Shown one piece after another: positions 38,701-52,900 of a stretch of DNA of 64,000 nt. A program made the position numbers and the translations under genes. Under the pieces are notes generated by a model. That model was given only the letters and a program-made list of their open reading frames with translations. It was not told the origin of the DNA and made no database searches. The stretch's first letter is position 1; every line of letters begins with the position of its first letter. This DNA is from Gonapodya sp. JEL0774 (lineage: Eukaryota): assembly GCA_027604505.1 (NCBI GenBank), contig JADIIX010000012.1, forward strand, positions 1 through 64,000, in the 5' to 3' direction.

Positions 38701-39661
38701 TTCAGGAAGGAGCATGAGATGGTAGTCGCTGAAAAGGCAAATAGTCGAGTCCGATAGCTGCATGATAAATAACTAACCGAGACTTACTGCACCCATACGA
38801 GATCTCCGTCCTGAAGGATGTCTGCAATAGAATCTGCGAATTGTTGGTTTGCCTGAGTGTACGCATCCCAATAATCCTGGTTAAAATGTATCTCTCCCGG
38901 CTAAACGGTCGAAAATATTTTGGAAGGTGAGAAAATCAGGCTGCAGGAAGTCTCGCGGCGGAACGTACGTAATAGTGGAACAGAGGCTGATTGGGAGAAT
39001 AACGTCAGTCGACCATACAGATGTGACCGGCATAACATCTTTCATACGACGTACCCAAAGAATGGAATTAGAGAATCCATTGTAGTGCAGATCCGCGATA
39101 GCATCTGGGATGAAGATTGGCAGGCAATTGTACTCGACCATGAGTGCGCCCCGAACAATGGCTTGCTCTGCAGGGGAAAAGTCGGCACCTAGTAACAGTG
39201 ATGTATGCAAGTTAGCACTGTGTGAAGATAACACGAAGGAACAAAGGAGCTAGAATGAAATTCCCGTAGAACAAAAGGTACGTTCAAGCCGCACAACCTC
39301 TAGTTCCCACAGTTCTTAAAATTCGCTTTCGCTATGACAGGAAATCGGCAGAAGAATCCACATTCGCAGGCCGCGGGAATGTGCGCTCACCAGGCCAGCC
39401 AATCCAAAGCATTTGGTCCCTGAGCTGTGGACTCTTGGAGCGCACTCCCTCGAGTGCGCTCACCAGTCCTCCAGAAGACATTTTGTATTTCCATGAGCCT
39501 TCTGGAGTCGATGTAATTGTTACGGGTAAACGATTCGATACAACCAGGAGTCGTTGTGGTGTTGTTGTGCCGAGGGGGCTATCGCGCACCCCGTCAGCTT
39601 CTACGGGTTTCGCATCGTGTACTGTGGGTATCTTGATGTCGATGACTGGTGCAAGCTCCAT
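35775..39661 (-). CDS. TPS1: Fused trehalose-6-phosphate synthase (GT20) / trehalose-phosphatase (HAD)
   Basis: [97 protein letters not shown]-terminal [38 protein letters not shown]. Confidence 0.95.
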
Positions 39662-39923
39662 CGTGCCGGACGAGAGAGGGGGAGAAGCGCGAATTTCGCG
39701 GTGGTTGATATGAGGAGGATAGGAGGATTCTTGGGATTGTTTCCGAGATTCACTGAGTGGGGAATCGGGATGGAAAGTTGGAATTTTGCGCGACCAGTAC
39801 AATAAAGATGCCGTGGAATATGAAGGAACTCAGGTGGAGTCACTGTTACGTAGGACCGGTGGAAACAGCTCGAAACCTTTTTTTCATCAAATAAAAGCAC
39901 CGCCTCAAACCCTTTTCCCATCG

Positions 39924-39930
39924 TGACGTA
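39924..39930. promoter_or_regulatory. Candidate CRE (ATF/CREB) site upstream of TPS1
   Basis: TGACGTA about 265 nt upstream of the TPS1 ATG. A short motif that could occur by chance. Confidence 0.25.
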
Positions 39931-40573
39931 TTTCCAACCCGCAAACGACAGTTATGCAGAGAGATACCCATACGCAGTCTTGACGATGCATCTGCTACTT
40001 CGGAAATGAGTGGATTATGTATTCGGCATTCTATAGTAGATGCACTGTACCTGTCCCGCCCTCATTCCCCTCATCTCCCCGCATTCACGCAACCCAGAAA
40101 TCCTGCAACGAAACATACTTTCTGTAATCTCCAGGTTGCTTTGAATTATTTCCGTGCAATAGAGTGTTTCATCCAAGAACTCTCATTCACAATATATTGT
40201 TGGGACATTCCGTTTTGAATCCATGCGGCAATCCGTTGGGATGACGTGTAGTCTAAGGCAATTGACGAGGATGGGGTTGCACGAGCGTGGGTTGTTCCAA
40301 GTCCGTGCGTCAATGGCACCAAGCAGAACACTAGCTGCCTCATATCGTCGTGTCAGTCCGAAGATGCAGAAAGTGGAAGCGGGGAACAAACTTTTACTTA
40401 ACGGCAACCTCGGTGAAGCATCCTTTGTTCATTTGCAGAAACTGATTGCGGTCCGTTGTCCATAGCACGAGTTGGCGCTGAGTGTGGTGGCGGAGGTGAC
40501 CGCCCAGTGCACCAACCAAGAGTGATTTGTACATAATACATTGGTTTTAAATCGATTGCACGCGTCGTGTACA

Positions 40574-43500
40574 TTAGTAATGTAGGATGCCATCTAGAGC
40601 TTGTTGGAATGACGGAACAAGATGCGCAGCGGTTGTCTTCACTGCGAGTTGTGGAGGTGCGGCAGGGTCCACAACCAGCTCCATCAAGAAAGAGGTTCCG
40701 TCGGGTAATCTTGCTGACGAATATACGTGAGTCTAAATGATGAACGGTTTAAGCCGTTGAAGATTTCAACCTGAACCCGGCACCGATCACTCACTTTACT
40801 TTCAATTTGCCTCTCTGCGACTGCAAAAACGTTATTTGTAACCAGTCGGTTTCGCAAGGCGTCCCCGGGTGCAAGTGAAATGGGCGAAAGTACGGATTTC
40901 CACTCATTTTGGGGAGGTATGTCCTCCTTCCACATGCGAAGCCAAAGAGATTGTTCAAGCTGACCTTGCTCTGTCAGCAAGATATGAATTGGTACAAGTG
41001 CCGCGAAATAAAATATGCCGACGTTGTTCTTGACGGCAACTAACGCGCAAAATGTCATTGTTCCCCCTGCCAGAGCTGATTGCGTGAACAGTCAACGCAC
41101 CTTGCAGCATGTTCACCGGGTTCATAGCCTGAGGTAGACCTCCTACACTTAAGCGAAGTGATGCGTCTATACTCGTGTTAGGAAATAGTGGTCCTCGAAT
41201 GTCCAGGGGTCCACCGGGAACAATAGCAAAGCTGATGGGAACGAAAAAGCATCTGAGCAAATCTAATTTCTGGATTGTGCTTCATCTTTCTCACCTATTC
41301 TTGTTGAACTGGATGGCAAAGTCACTGAGTGGCTGAAGTGCTTTGTTTGTGAAGGTCATATCCATATACATTTGTCCTTGTCGCCGAGAGAACTGTCCAC
41401 CAGAAAACGTTTAATAATTCTCTCGGAAACATCCAGCAAAACGCATTCAGGCACTCACTGTCCCCGAAATCTCCATCCCCTTCCCGTTCTGTGGGTTCAA
41501 CCAAAGCGTTTTGGGTGGTACGTACCCCTGCTGTACAGAAAGCATCGACAAGTCCGATAGCGGGTTCTTTTGAACCCCAATAGCTGCCGCAGGAGAGACG
41601 GTCCCGAGATTGCCAAAGGGTTGTTGAGCACCCAGAGGGTTTCCTGGACCGACTGCAAGTGTGACTGGCTGAATGCCCCCTATTAATGAAGGTGCGGAAG
41701 GTCCACTGTTTGCAGGAGGGGTCGGTTGTATACTTTGTGTTTGTTGTGGAGGTGGCACCAGAGACGCCAGAGGATTGGAGAGCAACGTCGAGGGAGGTGG
41801 TACATAAGATGATTGTGGTAGGGATTGCGGTTGCATCAAAGGGGTGCTCTGTTTTGGCGTCGATGAAAAAGGAGTTTGCGACGAGTACGGGGTCTGAGAT
41901 TGAAGACCAAGCATTGGGGACGGAGATTGGCTGGATGGCTGAGACTGTCCCCCAAATGCATTATTCAGTGAGTCAGCGATTGGGTTTGGCTGGCTTGGTG
42001 ACAGCTGCATCTTCGCCATACTGTTGACAAGAATTGGGCTGCTTCCTTCCCCAGTGATAGCCGAGTCATAGAGCTGACCGCCGATATCCCCACCCATAGC
42101 TTCCCCATCTTCCATCCCGAGGTCCAAAAGGTTGGTCTCCCCCCGCATTCCCCCTCTACCAAGAATACCGATGTCGTTGGAGTATGGGTTGGCAATCGAA
42201 GAATTCTGGTAAATGTTCGTGGTGCTTCACGCAATCAATGTTCACTCGATAAGTCCGTCGTGCCTACAACAAATGAATCCCCAGAGGCGCGCATCTCACC
42301 CTTTGTTCGATTCAAATTGATCTAACGGCGCAACTTTGCGAAGGGGGTTCAATGCATGTGACGGCTGAAGTCTTCTGGGCTTGATTCCGCCGATGAAGGC
42401 GGTGGGCAACTTGTGATAAATGGACGACAAGCTGGACACGTAGAGGATCAAGTCATCGAGGAAATCGGGGTCAAGATTGTCTGTCTCGGTGGAGATTGGA
42501 GGCCTCTCGCTCAGAACAATTTGCTTGGAACAATAAAGAATAGCCCATATGAGATGAGATTAAATGGTGTCTTTAACCAAAGAAATTGGTCCTCCACTCT
42601 CACCTTAGCAGCCACTGGGTCCGTCGACAACATCCGCCAATATATAAATGCTCGATCTCGCAGTTCAGGGTTGTCGATATCTTCCGTCGCCCATTTCAAA
42701 ACCTTAGGCACAAGGTCCTGGCCGGCGGTTGGTCTTTTTATAAACAGCTTCACAATAGCCGTCAACAGAGAGAGTTGAACCTGTAAGTTACGCAGAAAGC
42801 AATACACGAAATTTGTCCAGTCTTCTTTCAATCGAAGCAGAAATCCTCGAACCTCCGGAGGTTCCTCCTTGAATGGCTCCAAGAAAGAGTCCAGTAACTC
42901 GTGTGCGTTTTCGATACGGTCAGCGTACTGGCCAATAATCCAAATCATGCTGGCCTTGGCCTCGGACTCATCCAGACTGTCGAGATTCTCGCATAGGGTG
43001 GCAATGATGGATTCATACCTGCGAATCAGTTGGTACCAATTAAGACATACTTCACCCAGACGAAACGTCCCGATACAACCCACCGGTTGGGGTACTTTCG
43101 GAAGATATCCTGAATGTGCACAAATATCTTCAGACGTTAGTTGGAAACTCTCGTCAGCGGAGATTTCAAACGCACGCACCTTGATAACCACAATAGCTTC
43201 TTGCACAACGTAATTGACCTTCGTCCTGATCAGCTCCACCAATGTCTGGATGCATCTGTCGGCGGCGGCCTCGATTTTGATGGCGCAACGTCCTATAGAC
43301 CGCACAGATTTCCGCACGAAGTCTATATCTACTTCCGATGAATACCTAAAGGATCGTGCGGACAAGGGGTGAGTGGCAAAGAGGCAGAACATGCCGGAGC
43401 CACACTCACTCTCGGAGTTCCGACAGCACCTGCTCCACATTGTTCTCGTTTGCCAATCTAATAATAATCTCAAGCTTCGCCATTTTAACGTAGATGGGGT

Positions 43501-44924
43501 CGTTGTACTTGCAAAAGAAAACTTTCATCTCCCCCTTCAGGAAATCAGGTTTCTTTTGAATAATGAGGAGGATGTTGCGAAGTGCGACATACTGGACCTC
43601 GGGTCCATTGTGGAGAAGCGTAACTGATTTAGTCAGCCATCGTGAGTTGCAGACAGCCATTTGTGAGCGAGCAGTTATGTGACAGTAACTCACTGAGAGG
43701 TGGAGCCAACTTCCGGAAGAGGGAGTTTACAGTCTCCTCCTTCTGGATATAATTCATGAGGTAGAGAATTACTTTCACGGACGAGAGTACCACGGCCGAG
43801 TTAGCGTGTTGAAGGCGAGGGACAACTCGCTCAGCAAGGAGCTCGGCATCCATTGTTTCCTGAGGGGTATGGAACAGAAGTGCTTCCAATATGTAGACTT
43901 GACACCACCTGCAATGAAAGTATTAAACTTAAAGATATGCTGGTAGCTTCAAAGCACTGGCCCTGCGCTCACTCATTGCAGTCGTTGATTGCTGTCATCA
44001 GTTTGTTTGCCATTGCACCGTCAATCACCAACTCAAACCTCTCCGAGCGCTCTGCGATCTCGGAAAGAATTGCAACAGCATTTGCAACGACCTGGTAATG
44101 GGAGACTGTTAAATTGATCTGTAGTCCAATACTCAAATGACTCGACTCACTGTCGCGTTTGAATCATTCAACAGCTCCTTGACACTATCCAAAAACCCCT
44201 CCCGCTCCACCAATTGTGGATCGTGCATTTCCAGCTTACCAACGCATATGGCCGCTGTTTTCTTAACATAAGGGTCCGAGTCCTTCAGGCATCGGTGAAG
44301 GGGATCAGCGAGTTGGTCGATGATTTTGTCCACATTGATGTATGACATGGTGCGGATAGCGAGTGCGCGGATGAGAGGATTCGTATCTCCAGCATCCTAA
44401 AGACCAGTCGGTTCACCGGATGATTCAAAGTTTCCAACAGGTGGTGTTGGTGCGTGAAAGAGACGAGATTACTCACTCGTACGAAAGAGTTCACTGCCAT
44501 AACAGCCATATCCGGTTTGCTTTTGGCGTAATGAATCAAGTACAGGTACACCATCTTCTTGACTTCCAGCACTGGTATTTGCATGCAGGATATTACGTCT
44601 GTGAAGAGTGGGGACATGTCGTTTCCCATAGTCATATTGGCGACGATCTTTTTCATTGCAGTCTTCTTCCGGAGAAATTTGAGGTCCTTCTTGTCCGTTG
44701 CGAGCTCTTGCCGCAGCTCCTGGATTTTGCCTGTATGAACGCGTGGGCAAGCGCCATGTGGTTCGGTTCCAGCGAGCACGAGAGAATGGACAGCGTATGC
44801 GGAGAATAGTTCGAGAGCAATGGCGGTTACCAATAAGAGTTTCCATAAGCACCTGATGCTGCAGTTTCAATCGGCAGAGGGGACATAAGCTCTCACCCCG
44901 CTGGAAATACTTGGCATCCCCCAT
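40574..44924 (-). CDS. APL1: AP-2 complex beta subunit (beta-adaptin) with hinge and C-terminal appendage
   Basis: [36 protein letters not shown] (fungal Apl1-type start), [57 protein letters not shown]. Hinge clathrin-box-like LLDL; appendage [26 protein letters not shown]. Confidence 0.9.
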
Positions 44925-45107
44925 CGTGGGATTAGAATTGCGAGCAAAAACGGGAGGATTGAATCAGGCAGAGAAGCACAGGGGGATGAATGCAACCTTC
45001 TTATGTGTCCAATGAATTGGTGGCGTTGTAAATTCACAACTTTCCAGTATTGGGTTGCCCGCTGTGTAGTGGCAGTCACACATTTCGGTGGACTCAAATT
45101 TAATCAA

Positions 45108-46263
45108 TCAAGAATCTATTTCCACGTACGCGCTACTGATGGCAATCACGTCTACCCGTTCTACAACTCGCACCTGAAAGAAAATTTTGTTCCCTTCTCG
45201 CCACATTTCAGTGCGCAAGGTCTCCCCTGGGAACACAGGTTTTGAGAACCGTACCTGGTTTGGGAAATGAGTTTATCATTTGTTGGTAAAAGCTGCAAGC
45301 ATTGGTGCCAGATCGGATACACGACATGAAAATACCTTGATTTGTTTGAATTTGCTGACATCTCCCCCACAGAACTTCTGCAGTACTGCCTTCCCTGCAA
45401 TTCCAAACGTGCACAGCCCGTGCAAGATGGGCACATCAAATCCTCCTTTCTTGCTCTCTTCTGGATCCACGTGCAGTGGATTCACATCGCCACTCAAACG
45501 GTAGAGTACCGCCTGCTCCTCCGTTGTCTTGGTCTCGACAACCGCATCTGGTTCGCGGGAGGGAACGTCGTCGTTACGGTTAAAGGGGTGGTCGCCTTCC
45601 AAGCTTTTGTGACCACCAAAACCCCCGAGACCACGGATGAAGAGGTTGAAATCGGCGGTGGCGAGAAGCTTGCCAGAGTCAAGGTCCTTGGACTCAACAG
45701 ATACGATCACAGCGGCCCCTTTACCCTTGTCAAGGATATCGAGTACTCTCGCAGTAGAAGAAACTTTCGCCGTCGGTGGGATTGCTGAGTGAAGGGTTAA
45801 TAACTGTTCTCCGTGGAGGAGCATCATCTGGTAGTGCAAATGTGAAAACGCAGTTGAAAATGAAGACTGAATCGAGGTTGTGCGTTTAAACTCCTCCCCA
45901 TTCCAATTTCTCACCGGATTGTATTTAGGTAGGAAGTTGTTGAAGTTCTTTTCCCACATTGCTGCGAAGGCTGGGATGACGGCATATGTCGGGAGCACTT
46001 TGAATCCAGACGCGTTCTCGTAGACGAGATCCAGCTCCGTTCGTTTGGCGCCGACACCAAGAGCGCTGAATGACCGTAGAGACGTAAATTGAATTTCGAC
46101 ATGAGTGTACATGCAAATCAGAGTAAGCCTTCGACGTGCTGTCGCGGACTTGTGCGTTTGAGACGATTACCCACTATAAGATCACATCACGCGGTGCGTG
46201 GGTTGTCTCGGTCGTATTGATGCCTTTTTCACGAGCTCCGGCGACGTCGATGGAGGTGGTCAT
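45108..46263 (-). CDS. Standalone MaoC/double hot-dog (R)-specific enoyl-CoA hydratase 2
   Basis: RDVILY|ALGVG, VYEN..FKVLPTY, LLHGEQ, DKGKGA, hydratase-2 motif [42 protein letters not shown]. No SDR domain. Confidence 0.9.
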
Positions 46264-46997
46264 GGAGCGTTTTGGAGGGAGCACCCAACGAGGGAAAGCT
46301 GCGTTATAGGCTAGATAGGGGACCACACGATCGCAACGGAAACAGGACGGAATGATATTTTCAACGGCAAGAGAGGCGCGAGACGCGCCAGGTGCAGTGA
46401 GTCGAAGTATTTTGGGTGATGGAACGTCAGCAGTCGCTGCCAATTGGCCCCCGAATCGCAGGCCACAGGCCGGGACACCCCACAGTTGCACCTTCACGTG
46501 CTGTATTCGGCCCCTGCCTTTCTCTACTTTTCATATTTAAGTATTCTCGAGAATGCGGGAACTTCCTCCGTTCGGAACTTCTCCTCAAATCAAAAGATTT
46601 TGGAGGGGGAGGACGGTGACATGCTCTGCCACTTAAACAGAAAGCCCTATCCTTCTGAAAGTAATAGTTGGCAGATTATGTAACAGCGGCAAGTTGTGCC
46701 CTCTCCAATTATCGTACAGTCATCGTACTATTATCTTTCTTAGAGTGAAACATGCTGGAACTGACAAAAGGCAACATTTGGGATCCTTCCGCATATGAAT
46801 GTCAATGATTTGAGTGTTCTTGATGAAAGCGCGAATCCACTTGCCCCCAGGTGTTCGCGATAAGTAAAAGCCCACTTCCAGCCGGCACCCGATCATCCAA
46901 GGTACACAACCTCCTCGACCCGTCAAAAACTGACGCTCGGCGCCACAGCTCCGATTTCCAAACCCGTCCACACGACTGCCGCCGTCCCGGCTTGATC

Positions 46998-49900
46998 ATG
47001 GACACGCGCGCTGCGCTGGGCAGCCAGGGGAACCTGCGCCGCTCATCGGCGTCCCTCAATCCTCTTCCGGATAATGAATCCCGCAAGAAACAACCTGTCA
47101 ACAATGCCACGCTCGACAAGAAGCGGGCATCGCTCGATGCTCGTCACAGATACATGCTTGAAAAGTTCGCTGTAATGGTGGACGAGAAACCTTCAACATT
47201 GGAGAACCATCTGCTTTACTCCAATAAACTGGAGACCCTAAATGAGTTCCTAGCCGAGAATGGACCACGCAAGATTCTGTTCTTTTGGCAGCCTCCCACA
47301 AAGGTGAGAACTGTGACCAACGCTTAACAAATTGTCTGGTGTCACTGAAACGAAAATGTCTTCGGAATTATCGAACCTCGACGCGTTTCCTATCAAACCG
47401 CGTTCACTTTGAAATAAAATCCAAAAGGAGGAAGCCATTCTTGTAAAGGGTCTACAGTACACAAAGAACGTGTTTCATGTCACACACGGGAGCAAAGAGG
47501 GTCTTGTCGGCGCCGGCGCATATTTCTTGCGTTTTTCGAACAAGGCAATCACGGTCGCCAATGTTCACATGGAGATAGCTTGTGGTCCCATCGTTTCGAG
47601 TATTCTACCGTCACTGACGACGTCGGTTAAGAATGTCATTGTCCCGGCATTACGATCGCAGGTTCGTGGGCCACGACCACCACATTTTGCACTCTTCCTA
47701 TCTTAAGACCGTTGATTACAGGAAAGCTGGGGTATTCTTCAACGGAACAAAGACGATTCCGTAAAGTCATTCCTCGAGTCACTGGAACGGTTTGTCAACG
47801 ACCTCGACGTTGCCATGGTCAACCTTCACGACAGTGTTCAACTTCACCCATGCACGGTCGATCTCGAAGCTTACAAAAAGCCTACTGAGTACGCGAATGC
47901 AGCTTACATTCCCGACGTGGTGGTCGCGCTCGAATGTGAGTGAGAAAATGATGTACGTTGCTCTTTTAATCCTTGGCTCACTGCGTTCGTGCGCGAGAAG
48001 CACTGGTGGCGGAATGGTGCAAGCAAATTGAGCAGGTGCTCGCTGAGTCGGAGCAGATGCGAAAGGAGGCGGACGATATTGGTCCTAACGCTGAATTGGC
48101 TCACTGGAAAGCTCGAATGGTCAAATTCAATAGCATTACTGATCAACTCAAGGTTCGTGCGTTCTGTGGTCTTCGAATATAGTATCTGGAACGGGCGACT
48201 GAAGTGTTCATTTTAACCTCTCAGAGCGCTACATGTCGGAAGGTGATCGGCATTCTGAATGCCGTGAAGTCTAAGGCACATTTGAAAACTTGGCGTGATT
48301 TGGACAACCGTGTGACTGATGCCGCGAACGAGTCCAAAGACAATGTCAAATACCTCTATACTTTGGAGCGATTCTGCGAGCCCCTTTATCAAGCGGACCC
48401 TCTTTCGATGATTCCTGCAATTCCTGGACTTATCAATGCCATCAAGATGATCTACAGCATTTCGAGGTACTACAACACATCGGAAAGAATGACTTCGCTG
48501 TTTGTGAAGATCACGAATCAGATGATCACGAGCTGCAAAGAGTACATATACAAGGTCCGTAGTAACTCGTGCCCATGCTCCCAGAATGCAGCGGAGCATA
48601 ACGTTAATCATTTCAAATTAAAGGAGGGCGGTACCAATCTCTGGGACCAGGAACGTGTGATGCTTGTGAAGAGATTGAATGACTGTGTGCGATTGAACGA
48701 AGCATATCAGAAGAGTTTTCACGAAACGAAGGTATAATGTTTATTTTTCGTTTTCTTTTTGCGATTTTTTGCTCACGTTGGAACTTGACTCCAGCGGAAA
48801 CTCCAAGAAACCCCTAACGAGAAGCAATTGTGAGTTTGGCTTCCGAAGTTGCCTGTCAGTCATTCAACTCATTATCATGGCTTTGTCCAGCGATTTCTCT
48901 GAGATGTACATCTTTGGAAAGTTTGACGCTTTCTGCAAGCGGATTCAGAAGGTTATTGACATGTTCAACATCATTGAGAAATTTTCACTTCTGGAAAAGC
49001 TTGGTGTTGAAGGAATGGATAGTATCAACAAGCGATTCTCAACGATTTTGATGACAATGCAGCGGAAGCCATATGACATTTTGGATCACCGAAAGATCGT
49101 GAGTACCATACCTTCTTTAAGATACTGCAAATTACATGACGACGATGTGCCGCCATAGGAATATGATTCCGATTACAACAATTTTAAGCGTCAGATATCG
49201 GATTTGGAAGGAACTCTTCAGCAGTTCATCGATGCCTCTTTCGAAAGGATCTCTTCCACCGAGCAGGCATTGCTGCTTCTGTCCAAGTTCGGTCAGATAA
49301 AGGACATGGCTCTGGACCTTGAATCTAAATACCACACAGTTTTTGTTCACTATACTCGTCGAGACCTCGAAGGAGTGCGCAAACTGTATCAAAAGTTTAA
49401 GGACAGTCCGCCGATACCCCGCAATACTCCTCCTGTGCCCGGAGCCATTTCTTGGGCTCGCCAGCTGTACCGACGGATTGAGATTCCTATGAAGTTTTTC
49501 AAAGACAACACAACAGTTCTCGACTCTGTGGAGGCCAAAAAGCACATTCGTAACTACAATAAACTTGCCCGCGCCCTTATTGAATTTGAGATCCTGTGGT
49601 ACAAATCGTGGTTCTCAGTTGTGGATCTTACCAAAACAGGACTCCAAGCAACCCTCCTTGTGTCAGATCCTGAGGGAAACTTGTTCGTCAACTTTGACCC
49701 GGCGATTGTGCAGCTTATCAAGGAGATTCGTTGCATGTACCGTCTCGGACTCGAAGTTCCCGAGACGGTTAAAGAAGTTGCATTGAAAGAGACAACGTAC
49801 AAGCAACTTCTGACGGGTCTGGAGATGATTCTCGAGACGAAAGAAAGAATTGTGAAAAAGATCCTCCCTGTCTTGAGGAAAGCAATCGCGCCGCATATTG

Positions 49901-52900
49901 AACAAGTTGATAGGGCTTTGCAGCCAGGATTAACAGCATTGACTTGGTGAGCTGCTCAAATTGCCATCCTTCGGATAAAAAACCTAAATTCCCTCAACTC
50001 GTAGGACATCACTGAACCTGGACACATATCTCGCAACTAACAACGCTCAACTACAAAAGCTCGAAGAACTTGTCGATAAACTTTTGGACATTGCTCAGTA
50101 TCGCATTGAGAATGGTCTTCACAAGATCTATGAGCTTTCTCTCTGTGATATCCCAGCAGAATCAGAGCAATGGACTGTCGAGCAATTCCTAGAGCGAACG
50201 GAAAAACGGAGCCTTTCCGTTATTCAAATGATCAACAATCGAAGCAATCATATCGAGGCCGCGACTCGAGACTTGGTGGCAGAGCTCTCCAAGGGGGTTC
50301 CTCAGCCTCTGTCGCCCGATCTAAGAATTGGCCACGAGAATGTGTACTACCACTTTAATTACCAGAATTTCGAGGCTCTCATCCAGTGTATCAAAGGTTC
50401 CTTTGATCTCCTTAAGGTGAGCAAATACCTTGTTGCTGAGAGACTTCTTTTGCTCAACACGGTCCTACATTCAGGGTCGACTCGGAAATTATTCGAGTAA
50501 TCAGTATAGTAAGACAACGACTCAGAAACCGTTTTTCAAAGCAGAACTCGTCCTGTTGATCCCCAACGTCGTATTGCAACCGAAGCTCGAGGACATCCAG
50601 ACTTCGTTAAATAAAGCCGCGACGATGCTCATGGATGTCCCAAAGCGACTTCAGCTAAGCTGGACCACTTACTTGAGTCTTCCCGATGATCCACAAACTG
50701 GTAGGGTTCCTGAGGATATGTCTCAGATCGCCACGAACAAGGACATACTCAAGCTCACCATGATGTTGAGTTCCACCGTAAATTCCATGAAAAAAGAGGT
50801 TGAGACCCATCGAGAGCAGTTCAGCAAGTTCGATTTCTTGTGGAAGGATGACAAGGCTGAAACGATCACCAAGTTCCTGGCTGATAATCCCACTATCAAT
50901 GATTTCGAATCCGAGATCAATAGATACGAAGGAATCGAGCGCGATATCTCAGAAATAGCTTCAACTGTCCAAATTGGATTGCTGATGATTTCCTCGGAGC
51001 CGTTGAAGCTCGCCCTTATCGGGGAGACGCGAGAGTGGAAGCAACAATATGGTTTGAACCTCAACAAGAAGGTGAAAAAAGATATGGAAGAGCTCATAGA
51101 ATATATGGACAGTAAAACAGTTCGACTCAGTCGGAAAATTGCCGATATTGAGGACTTACGGCTGGCGGTGGCAACTCTGAGTGAGATCCGCGAAACTGAA
51201 GTCGATATCGACATGAAAGTGGCACCAATCGAAGAAGCCTACCTCTTGCTCATGAAGCACAATGTCACGGTATCCAAAGAGGAGACAGAAAAGGTTGACT
51301 CGTTGCGTTATAGCTGGAAAAAATTAAAGACTTTGGTTGTCGATGTTCAAGAAAATCTCAACAGAATTCAGCCTGTATTCAAGCAAGAATTGGTTGGTTC
51401 CGTGGAGAAGTTCACTCAAGGTAAGCTTCATTTGAAGGCCTGGATTCTGCAATGTCTTCACTTGCCAACGTTCTCTGTTAGATGTCAAGGACTTTACTGT
51501 CGAGTACACTGACAATGGCCCCATGGTGGCGAACCTTCCACCCAAAACCGCCATCGAGCGACTTAATGTGTTCCAGCGGGCTTTCGATGAGTTAAATCGC
51601 AAGTGGGAGATGTATTCCGCCGGTGAAGAATTGTTTTCGTGAGTATAGCGTTCCGGAAGTGCGACGTATTCTGCTTACCTTCTATTTCATTCAGATTGCC
51701 CGTTACTCCATTCCCTGCTCTTGTGCGGATTAAAAAGGAGCTGAAGCTACTTCAAAACCTTTACAGTCTATACAACGACGTTCTCGAGAAGAAGAACGGT
51801 TACAATGAAACACTGTGGGCCGACATAAAGATCGACCAGATGAATAACGATATGGCTGACTTCCAAAACAAAATCAAAAAGCTACCGAAAGGTGTCAAGG
51901 AATGGGATGCTTTCCTGGAGCTTAAGAAAACTGTGGATAACATGACTGATATGGTTCCTCTTCTGGAGCTTATGACCAACAAAGCCATGCAAAAGCGGCA
52001 CTGGGATCGACTACAAGATCTTACCAAAACGACTTTCAACCTTGATCCAGATAATTTCTACCTTCGCCACGTTATGGAGGCACCATTGGTTCAGCACCGG
52101 GAAGATGTAGAAGATATTTGCGTCTCTGCTGTCAAAGAAGCAGATATTGAGATAAAGCTGCGGGGCGTTGTGAGCTCGTGGGAAGATAAGATATTTTTGC
52201 TTGGCGCTTTTAAGAACAGAGGTAATCTTATTCTCAAACCTGCGACAACCAGTGAGATTATTGCGCTTTGCGAAGACAGCTTGATGACGCTCGGTTCTCT
52301 GATGACCAATCGGTACAACGCTCCATTCAAACCGGAAATTCAAACATGGGTGCATAATCTCAGCACCGCATCTGAGGTTATTGAACAGTGGCTGGGCGTG
52401 CAAAATCTTTGGATCTATCTAGAAGCAGTATTTGTTGGAGGTGACATTGCCAAACAGATGCCCAAGGAGGCGAAGAGATTCAGCAACATTGACAAATCGT
52501 GGTGCAAGATTATGGGCAGTGCGAACGAGCACCCAAACGTTATTCAATGTTGCGTTACGGACGAAACGATACCAAATCTACTGCCTCACTTGACAGAACA
52601 ACTTGAACTCTGTCAGAAATCTTTGAGTGGCTACCTGGAATCCAAGCGAGCGGTTTTCCCGCGATTCTTCTTCGTGTCCGATCCTTCGCTGCTCGAAATC
52701 CTTGGGCAAGCCTCCGATTCGCACACCATTCAAGCTCATCTGCGTAATGTTTTCGACAACGTGAACGCTGTGCAATTTCACGAGAAAGAGTACGACAAGA
52801 TCATTGGCTTGGAGTCTGCGGAAGGAGAAAGAGTAGGCTCTTCCCGGTCCCAGGTATTCTTAATCGGTTGCCGATTTGATTATGTCGCTCCATTTCAGGT

